DNA of 64,000 bases from Candidatus Cloacimonadota bacterium (GTDB taxonomy: Bacteria; Cloacimonadota; Cloacimonadia; Cloacimonadales; WRIO01). The stretch spans positions 14,120-78,119 of the forward strand of contig JAKQQL010000474.1 of the NCBI GenBank assembly GCA_029564175.1. The letters run 5' to 3'. Within the stretch, counting starts at the first letter, position 1; each line of letters starts with the position of its first letter. Of the stretch, positions 9,543 to 17,700 are shown piece by piece. The position numbers were made by a program, and so were the translations under genes. Below the pieces are notes generated by a model that saw nothing but the letters and a program-made list of their open reading frames with translations, was not told the DNA's origin and did no database searches.

Positions 9543-10265
9543 ATGATTGATGCTGGAGCATGCGCTCCTGAAATGGATGGCATATTACAGAAAGCATTAA
9601 ACGGAGAAAAAGAAGTGCCATTAGAATTGGGTGGCATGTTTAATGGTATGTTAGATATGGGAAATAAATCATCTGGTGGATTATCAATTCCTGGATTTGA
9701 AGGTGATTTTGTTTCAAGTTCTGTTGATACGGCATCAGATGCAAGTCAACAAATTGCACAAGGTGGTTTCCCATTACAATTCTTTGCTTCAAAATTAAGC
9801 ATTTCTCCAAAATACGGAACCTTGATTGTTCAGGCAATGAATGAAACCATTAAATATAAGAATGAGGGATTATTTAAAAAGGATGAAATATTAAATCCTG
9901 ATTTAATTCCCGATCTTACTCCTGAACTCTGTAAAAAATATACTGCACAATTAAAAACAGTTGAAATTGATGATGATACAAAAGACATAATGAGAAGTTT
10001 AGTTAAAAGAGTTGATCGTTATGAAAATGGTGATTCAGAATTAGGAATAGATAATAATGATCAAAATACAGGTGATATGCTTTATAAGGGAGATAAATAC
10101 AAAATTTATCGTCAAGAGGGATTGACACAACTCATTGAAGATAGTGATTCTGGCGATGATGATTCGGACAATGATGACGATGATACTACGCCAACGCCAG
10201 ATTCAGGGTCTTCGACGTCTCTCAAAGATATGATTGTCATGGCATTAATTTTTGGAAGAAATTAA
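9543..10265 (+). CDS. Hypothetical acidic-tailed protein, in frame with the spike ORF and lacking its own SD (possible spike C-terminal domain)
   Basis: 240-aa ORF. No AGGAG-like sequence upstream (tctcaagaattagtaaaaaatATG). Same frame as 8706-9335, and the interval is interrupted only by three TGA codons. Asp-rich tail DSDSGDDDSDNDDDD. Confidence 0.5.
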   Translation: MIDAGACAPEMDGILQKALNGEKEVPLELGGMFNGMLDMGNKSSGGLSIPGFEGDFVSSSVDTASDASQQIAQGGFPLQFFASKLSISPKYGTLIVQAMNETIKYKNEGLFKKDEILNPDLIPDLTPELCKKYTAQLKTVEIDDDTKDIMRSLVKRVDRYENGDSELGIDNNDQNTGDMLYKGDKYKIYRQEGLTQLIEDSDSGDDDSDNDDDDTTPTPDSGSSTSLKDMIVMALIFGRN

Positions 10266-10279
10266 CTTGGGTGATAAAA

Positions 10280-10702
10280 ATGAGCTATCCTTATAATTAC
10301 ATGTGGCCTATAGATCAATCAGTGGCGGGGCCAATTGGCCCCGTCAATGGAATATTACCACCAGACGGACAGAATTATGCCAGTGTTCATGATACAAAAT
10401 CGCCAAGTGAGGTCATTAAACAATCTATTCGAAGAATATTGATGACTGTTCCAGGTGAAAGAGTTATGCAGCCTGAATTTGGATGTAAATTAAAAAGCCT
10501 TGTATTTGAACCAAATGATTCTGTTTTAGTTGGCGATATTCATTATATTTGTAAAGAAGCTATTAAAAGATGGGAACCAAGAGTCATTGTTGAATTTATT
10601 GATATACAACAATATCCAGATCAACATGAAGTAGTAATTACAATAAAATATCTAAATAAGTTTGATAATGCAAGAGATATAGTCAGTCTTATGATAAGAT
10701 AA
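10280..10702 (+). CDS. Baseplate wedge protein, GPW/gp25 family
   Basis: IRRILMTVPGERVMQPEFGCKLKSLVFEP matches the gp25/GPW lysozyme-like signature. ATG at 10280 follows GGGTGA (the ORF track starts at GTG 10271). Confidence 0.85.
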   Translation: MSYPYNYMWPIDQSVAGPIGPVNGILPPDGQNYASVHDTKSPSEVIKQSIRRILMTVPGERVMQPEFGCKLKSLVFEPNDSVLVGDIHYICKEAIKRWEPRVIVEFIDIQQYPDQHEVVITIKYLNKFDNARDIVSLMIR

Positions 10703-10722
10703 GGTAAGTGGTGAGATAAAAT

Positions 10723-12813
10723 ATGACAGTCCCATTTTCCAATCAAGAAAATGTTCAGGAATTTAAGGAGTTGCAATTAGTCCCTTCTGATTTTGAAGAG
10801 ATAATGGAAGTATTAATTGCACGTGTTAAAAGTCGATTGCCAAATAAATGGCAAGATTTTTTAACTTCAAACTTTGGTATTGAGTTAGCTGAAGTCTTTT
10901 CGTATGAAGCAGCCCAATTAGTTTATCTTATTAATAGAAATGTTAATGAAGTTTATATGCCAACTGCTAGAACAAGATATGGTGTTTATAATCTTGCTCG
11001 AAATATCGGATATATGTCTAGACCACCAGCACCAGCTCGAACAACTTGTCTATTAACAATTCCTTTTGATAATCCAAATAGAAACAATATTGCCATTCCT
11101 AAATATACTAAACTGTCAACACAAGATGGTAAAATGTTTTATATTGAGAAAGATTACATATTGCCGAGTGGTCAATCACAAATTGAAGTTGATGTTGTTG
11201 CGGGAACAATTATTTCTGACACATTTATTGCCAATGGAATTGCTAGGTATCCTTATCAAACAAATTATTATCCAGTTTCTTTTGTTGAATCCGTAAAAGT
11301 AAATGATTCCCCATGGGAATATTCTGAATATCTTGATATGATAGGCCCAGAAATGGTTTATACAATTGAGAATGATAAAGACTTTAGAGCTAAAATCATT
11401 TTTGGTGATGGTATTTATGGGATGAATCCATTAAAAGATTCTGAAATTGAAGTTCTTTATAATGTTAATCTTGGAGAAAATTCAAATACTTCTGCTTATT
11501 CCATAAATAAAATTGTTGATCCAATTTATGATACTGATGGAAGAAAAGTCAATTTTACTATTACGAATCCAAATGCGGCAATTGGTGGAGATAGAGAAGA
11601 AACAGTTAATGAAATTCGTAGAAATGCACCAAGTATTTTTAGAACACAGTGGAGAACAGTGACGAAACAGGATTTTAAAGATACTTTAAGAGCTGAACCG
11701 GGGATTGAAAAGTTGATTGTCCTTGACAGATATGATATGGATGAAATTGGTATTTATGGTGTTAAAATTGGAATCATTCCAACTGAAGGCGGATATATTG
11801 ATGATGCTTTTAAGAATCATATTTTAGAAGTATTGGAAAATAGAAGGCTTCTGACTACTGATATTCAATTTATACAACCAGAATATGTTCCAATCAATCT
11901 TGACATAACTATTAGTAAAAGAGATAATGTAAATGCTCATATTGTTCAAACAAGGTTAAAAGCTGAGTTGTTCAATTATCTAAATTGGAAAAATAGGGAT
12001 TTTGGCAATGATGTGACGGCAATAGATTTGTATAGAATTATTGGGAATGTCGAGGGTGTAGCATTTGCTGATAATCTTGTAATTGAACCAAAAAAATATA
12101 CATATATTGCAAAATCATTGAAAGTTGGTAGAACAGAAAAGAAGACGATTCAAGTCATTGATTCAATGTCAATTCTTAAACCCAATATGGAAGTTGTAAT
12201 TTTGAACAATCAAGGGGAAACCATCTGTCAAAATAAAATTGATAAGATTCAAGGTTCTTCGATTACGATGAAATATGACATGAATTATGATTTTGAATAT
12301 GGAAATAATATTTATCCAGTTTTAACAGTTAAGAATGATATTAATGAAGGTTCTAAGACAGTGGCTTTTGAAACAGATTATGCCAATCTTAATGATACAG
12401 TAATTTATTTTGCAAATAAACCTGATAAGTATTATACCATTCGATTTAAAACTATCAATGGTTATTATCTGGATGAAGAAATTAAGTATGATGTTCCTAC
12501 TGGCACGAAAGTGTATGTCATGAGTAAGGATATTTTTTCAAGAACTGAATTTTTCCACAATAAAGGTGCTGTTTCATTGACATTTACAAATACACCAAGA
12601 TTTGTTGTTGGAGCTGTCCTATATAAAGAATCAAATCCAGATGTTAAATATTATGTCAAATCTGTTGAAAATAATACAGCATTTATAACGCCAACGTTAG
12701 TTGAAGATGTTAGAGAATATGAAAAGTTTATTGTTGAATCTGATTCATTAAATCTTTATAAATATGAGATTGCGGATTGTGGAAAAATTAATATAAACAT
12801 TGTTAATGCTTAA
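10723..12813 (+). CDS. Baseplate J-like protein (P2 gpJ / T4 gp6 type)
   Basis: Follows the gp25-like gene. 696 aa. AIGGDREETVNEIRRNAPSIFRTQ fits the Baseplate_J GG-D-x-E...R motif. SD GGTGAG upstream. Confidence 0.75.
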   Translation: MTVPFSNQENVQEFKELQLVPSDFEEIMEVLIARVKSRLPNKWQDFLTSNFGIELAEVFSYEAAQLVYLINRNVNEVYMPTARTRYGVYNLARNIGYMSRPPAPARTTCLLTIPFDNPNRNNIAIPKYTKLSTQDGKMFYIEKDYILPSGQSQIEVDVVAGTIISDTFIANGIARYPYQTNYYPVSFVESVKVNDSPWEYSEYLDMIGPEMVYTIENDKDFRAKIIFGDGIYGMNPLKDSEIEVLYNVNLGENSNTSAYSINKIVDPIYDTDGRKVNFTITNPNAAIGGDREETVNEIRRNAPSIFRTQWRTVTKQDFKDTLRAEPGIEKLIVLDRYDMDEIGIYGVKIGIIPTEGGYIDDAFKNHILEVLENRRLLTTDIQFIQPEYVPINLDITISKRDNVNAHIVQTRLKAELFNYLNWKNRDFGNDVTAIDLYRIIGNVEGVAFADNLVIEPKKYTYIAKSLKVGRTEKKTIQVIDSMSILKPNMEVVILNNQGETICQNKIDKIQGSSITMKYDMNYDFEYGNNIYPVLTVKNDINEGSKTVAFETDYANLNDTVIYFANKPDKYYTIRFKTINGYYLDEEIKYDVPTGTKVYVMSKDIFSRTEFFHNKGAVSLTFTNTPRFVVGAVLYKESNPDVKYYVKSVENNTAFITPTLVEDVREYEKFIVESDSLNLYKYEIADCGKININIVNA

Positions 12814-12822
12814 AGGTCGTGT

Positions 12823-14187
12823 ATGTCCATGAGAAATCATAATTATTTATATGAAAGACTTCCTGAATATACACGAGAATTAACGGATATCATGTTTGAT
12901 GTTAATTCATCTGGTGAGGAAGTTAAGATACTTCAAGAATTTTTGAAATCAGTAGATGAAACTACATTACAGCCGTTAAAAGAATATATCAATGAAATCA
13001 TAACACTTCAAGATATTGATGCAATTAGAGATGAATTGTTGCCATATTTTGGATTTCTTTATGGATATGTTTGGGATGAAAAGTTAAGTGTATCTATTCA
13101 AAGAAGTCTTCTAAAAAATATTGTTCAATTATACAAAAGAAAAGGAACACCTTACTCACTTTACTATCAACTATATTTTCATGATAACGCTGTTAAATTA
13201 ATTGAACCACATAAATACATTTGGATATTAAATGTTAGAGGTAAGTTGTCTGGTATCTATAAATTGCCATCAGAAGATTATTACAGCCGAGGTTTATTTG
13301 TTGTTGAAACTTCGGCTGATATTCCAACTGTCCGAGATATTATTGAAACCGTTAGACCAATTGGAACAGTTGGAATAATTACTTCTATTAGTGGGAATTT
13401 GGTTAATCTGAATCCATTATGTGAAGGATATAATGATATTGAAATTCCATCAATGGGAAATATCTTTGAGGAATTTATCAATGGTCAAAATCATTTGCAA
13501 ACCAGATTTGGATATTATCATGACAGTAGTTCCTTTGACCTAAAGTTAATTCTATCTAGTTATGTTCCAGAAGATTTGTATGCTTACTATGTTGGATATT
13601 ATACTGGAGAATTGAGTTCAAGGAAAAGATTATTTGCAACAGAACATTTATCTATTCATGATTCTGTAATTATGGGTCAACAATTATTACCAACGAGTGC
13701 TCAATTTAAACTGCACGAATTATATTCTTTGAATTTAATTGATCCAATAAATCATGAGATGGAAGATTTTCAACTTAATGATAAGGATTCATTATTGAAC
13801 AATAAAACTTATTTAGTTGAAAAAGCTAAAAAGTATTATATGATGACAACTCAAAGAAACTTTTTACAAAAGGCTCAGGTAAGAACAAAAGGTAAATTAA
13901 AAGGGTTGTTCTTAAATAAAGTTGCAAGTTTATTGGGTGTTAATAATTGGTTCAATTGTGATAAAGCAGACCCGGAAGATTACAATAGAATTCATTGGGT
14001 TCTCAAAGATTATTGTAGTATGGGGAAACAAATATTTGCTTCCTCAAATTATACATTTGAACAATTAAGCTCGATTACATTTAATGAAATGAATTCCCTG
14101 CCTAAAAAATCAACTGATGTTCTCGAAAATATGAATATTACAAACATTATTCATCAGGAATTATCAGAAGAAAAAATTATGAATTGA
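12823..14187 (+). CDS. Baseplate/tail protein I-like (P2 gpI position)
   Basis: 454 aa directly after the J-like gene. N-terminal YERLPEYTRE resembles the start of gpI-type proteins. Ends at TGA 14185-14187. Confidence 0.5.
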   Translation: MSMRNHNYLYERLPEYTRELTDIMFDVNSSGEEVKILQEFLKSVDETTLQPLKEYINEIITLQDIDAIRDELLPYFGFLYGYVWDEKLSVSIQRSLLKNIVQLYKRKGTPYSLYYQLYFHDNAVKLIEPHKYIWILNVRGKLSGIYKLPSEDYYSRGLFVVETSADIPTVRDIIETVRPIGTVGIITSISGNLVNLNPLCEGYNDIEIPSMGNIFEEFINGQNHLQTRFGYYHDSSSFDLKLILSSYVPEDLYAYYVGYYTGELSSRKRLFATEHLSIHDSVIMGQQLLPTSAQFKLHELYSLNLIDPINHEMEDFQLNDKDSLLNNKTYLVEKAKKYYMMTTQRNFLQKAQVRTKGKLKGLFLNKVASLLGVNNWFNCDKADPEDYNRIHWVLKDYCSMGKQIFASSNYTFEQLSSITFNEMNSLPKKSTDVLENMNITNIIHQELSEEKIMN

Positions 14188-14204
14188 TCTAAGGAGTGAA
14201 ACTA

Positions 14205-14759
14205 ATGGCAACTACGCCAACAGTCAGCACATATAAATCACACGTTTCAAGGGCATGGTCATTTTATAATGATACGCCAAGAATCATGTTTGCAATTGGG
14301 AAAACAACACCGTGGACAAATGAAAATCAGCCGCCTAATCCAGTAATTGATAAAGATACATTAGATGAATTAATTGGATTTAAAAAAGTTGATAGAATGT
14401 TATTTGTTATTCCTGACCCTGTTAATGGGACAATTGTTATTGACAATGTAAGATGGACACCTATTGAACCTGATCCTGCAATTCCCGGAGATACATTGTA
14501 TAATGCTATTCGAAGAGCCAATGCTAGATGGGTTTATGTTGAAACAGTTTTGGAATCAACAGAATTTCCAAATACTACATATCGTGAAATTGGATTATAT
14601 TCACGAATCCTTTTGAATGATGGTGTTTCAACATCTCAATTAACATATAACCCTTCTGAAATTCTCGATTCTGGTATTTTGGAAGCTTGGAAAACTAGAC
14701 CACCTGTTTATAAAACGAGTAGTCAACGTGAAATGTTATCCTTTGTTCTTGAATTCTAA
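14205..14759 (+). CDS. Conserved-looking virion-module protein, unknown function
   Basis: ATG 14205 lies 9 nt after AAGGAG (the track starts at GTG 14196). 185 aa. Located between the baseplate and fibre genes. Confidence 0.6.
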   Translation: MATTPTVSTYKSHVSRAWSFYNDTPRIMFAIGKTTPWTNENQPPNPVIDKDTLDELIGFKKVDRMLFVIPDPVNGTIVIDNVRWTPIEPDPAIPGDTLYNAIRRANARWVYVETVLESTEFPNTTYREIGLYSRILLNDGVSTSQLTYNPSEILDSGILEAWKTRPPVYKTSSQREMLSFVLEF

Positions 14760-14778
14760 AATAAGTTGGTGTTAATAA

Positions 14779-17700
14779 ATGAAGCTAAATAAACAAGGAT
14801 ATCCATTTTATGATAAGGCTGAGCAAGATCGTGCTCAAAAAGGATATCAAGATGTTCTTTTTAATCCCGGCAGAAGTCTTCAACAAAGGGAATTAACAGA
14901 ACTTGGGTCTTATCAATATGAAAGATTGAAGAGTTTTGTTCGTGAACAATTTGGTGGTAATCAAATTCTTAGTGGTGCTACTCTTTCAAATCTTAATTCT
15001 CAAACGAAACAGATTACCTTTAGTGGTGCCAAAATTCTTTATGATGCTGATTTTTATACTGTTGATTCAACAACTCTTTCTTATGTCGGGTCTGGTGAAG
15101 AAGTTTTTTCTTTGGAATTGAAAGAACAGATTATTACCGAAATTGAAGATGAAAGTTTGAATGATCCAACAGAAGGGTATGACAATTATAATCAACCAGG
15201 CGCTTTTAGAATTAAAAGATGGGTTGAATATGTAAAGAATACAACAGATACAAATGCTCTAAAAGTTTTGGTCATGAATAATGGAGTTATTACATTTCAA
15301 AGGAATGAGGCAACTCCTTCTAAAGAAACAAAGGTTCAAAATGAATCAGACATTATGGCTTTAATAGAACAAAGAACCTATGAAGAATCTGGCAATTATA
15401 TTGCTTCAGGGTGTCGTTTGTTTAATAAACCTTGTCTAGACAATGAAAAAATTGGATTCTTTTTAGAGAGTGGCACAGTTTATATTGAAGGTCGCCGTAT
15501 TGATGTATTGCCACAAGACTTGTTTATTAAAAAGTCATCATTGGTTGATAATGTCATTGGTGAAACACATATGACAAAAGCCATTTCTGATCCAATTTAT
15601 ACTTTAAGAGAATCTCCGGCTATCAAAATCAATACATTGTATTTGCCTATTTTAGCCACTGGTTCTATTACAAGAGGTTCTTCAAATCTTGACCCAATTG
15701 GTTTTAATTTAAACATTGTAGATATTAAAAAGGTTTATGTAAATGTTGGTAGTCCATTTGAAAAAAATGTTCATTATAAGCAAAATGGTAATTTTATTGA
15801 ATGGTTAATAGCCCCACCAGAAGCACCTGCTGTTGGTTCAACATATACAGTAGAATATGTTTACAATAAAATCAATGGTGTAGAAAATGTTGATTATGAA
15901 TTATTCTTGGGATTGCCAGTTAATGATAAAACATTAGCAACTACATTGCCTGCCAATGGCCAAATTGCAATTCCAATGGATGATGAAGTTGGCAATTTAA
16001 TTGTTAAATCTGTTAAGGTTAATGGAACCAAATTAAATGATTATCAGTATATGATTAATCAGAATAAATTAACCATTCCTTATCTTACAAATAATCAAAT
16101 TATTCGAAAATCTTTTCAGAAGAGTTCAAATGCTTCAGAAGTATTTCCAATTGATGCGACGATTAACAGAATTCTATATTATTCGTCATCTAATTTAAAT
16201 CCTTATCTTGAAGGATTGCAGTATGTTCTCAATGGTCAGAATATTACCTTTTTAGATTCTGGAATAATGCCAAGTAAAGATTCATATTTAGTTGAATATC
16301 AATTGAATGCCCCAATCAATGCAACTTCCGGTGATTCGGTTGAAATTATTTATGCTTATGAATCAAAAAGTCAATCTCAAGACTGGCAATCTCAAGTAGA
16401 ATCTGTTTTAAAAATTCTGAATGTTAATCTTGCTGAAGGATATAATATTTTTGTTAATTATTCTTATGTTCCTACACAACATTATTATATTACGGTAGAT
16501 AAAGATGGAAAAATTAATTCTAAATATCAACCTTCAAAGATTAAAGATTTAATGATTTCTTCAACAGAATTGTTAATTGCAGATGTTTATACAAAACATT
16601 ATAGTATGATACCTTTTGTTCAACTCCAGAAAATTTTAAATGTTTCTATGGGTGAATTGAGAACAATGAAGACTGAAATTGAAAATCTAAAATATGATAT
16701 TCAATTGTCAGATTTGGAAAAATTGGTTGAATTAAATGAACCAGCTTCAAGTTTAAAAGGTGTATATACTGATGGATTCATAACAGATTCAAAAATAGAT
16801 GATGGTTATTTGTCAATTAAATTGGGAGCTTCAAATTATCAAAAAAGAACTCTTGTGCCAAATATTCCTAAGAAATTATTGAATTTGAATTTTACAATGA
16901 CTGATACTATTTTGTCTCCAGACTGGAATGATCCAAAAACAACAGCCGGTAGATTTGACAAAATGGTTTTAATTTCTAAAGATTATACAGATGTTCTTTG
17001 GAAGAGTCAGCCATTAGCCAGTAATTACAGGTCATTAGCAGAAGGGGCCGCTTGGGAAGCACAACCAAAAGTCAAAATCACTCCAGATAGTGATATGTTT
17101 ATGGATAAAGAATCTTTGGAAAAACAATCAATTGTTTCCAAAATTGATTATACTTTGGCCAATGCCGGTGCGGCACCAGCTTTTAATAATAGTATTGTTC
17201 CTGTAGTTAATAATGGAACAGTTGGGGCAGGTTCTCAATCAACATCCACTATTGCCGGAGATTATCAAACAACCGTCGTGAAATGGTATGAAAAGAAAAC
17301 TTCTGAAACTTCACAGAATCTAGGTGATTTTGTCAAGTCAATTGAAGCTGAAATGAATTTGAGACAAATTGAAATCAAACTATCGGCTGAAAATTTTCCA
17401 GACAATCAAGATTTAATTGAACTATTTTTTGATGGTATTAGATGTGAGTTAAGGCAAGACCCGGATAATTTAGTTGGCACACCAAGTCTATTATTGGATG
17501 GTGCTTTTAAAGCTAATTCGGATGGCAAATTTAATGCTGTTTTTACTATTCCATCTGGTATTAGATATGGTAATAGAAAAGTTGAATTGATGGCACCAGG
17601 TAGTAAAACAGAAACAACTTTTTGGGGATTAGGATTAAAACAACAAGTCCAAGAATTGACATATAATCAATCTATTACAAATTGGGAATTACAACAAAAA

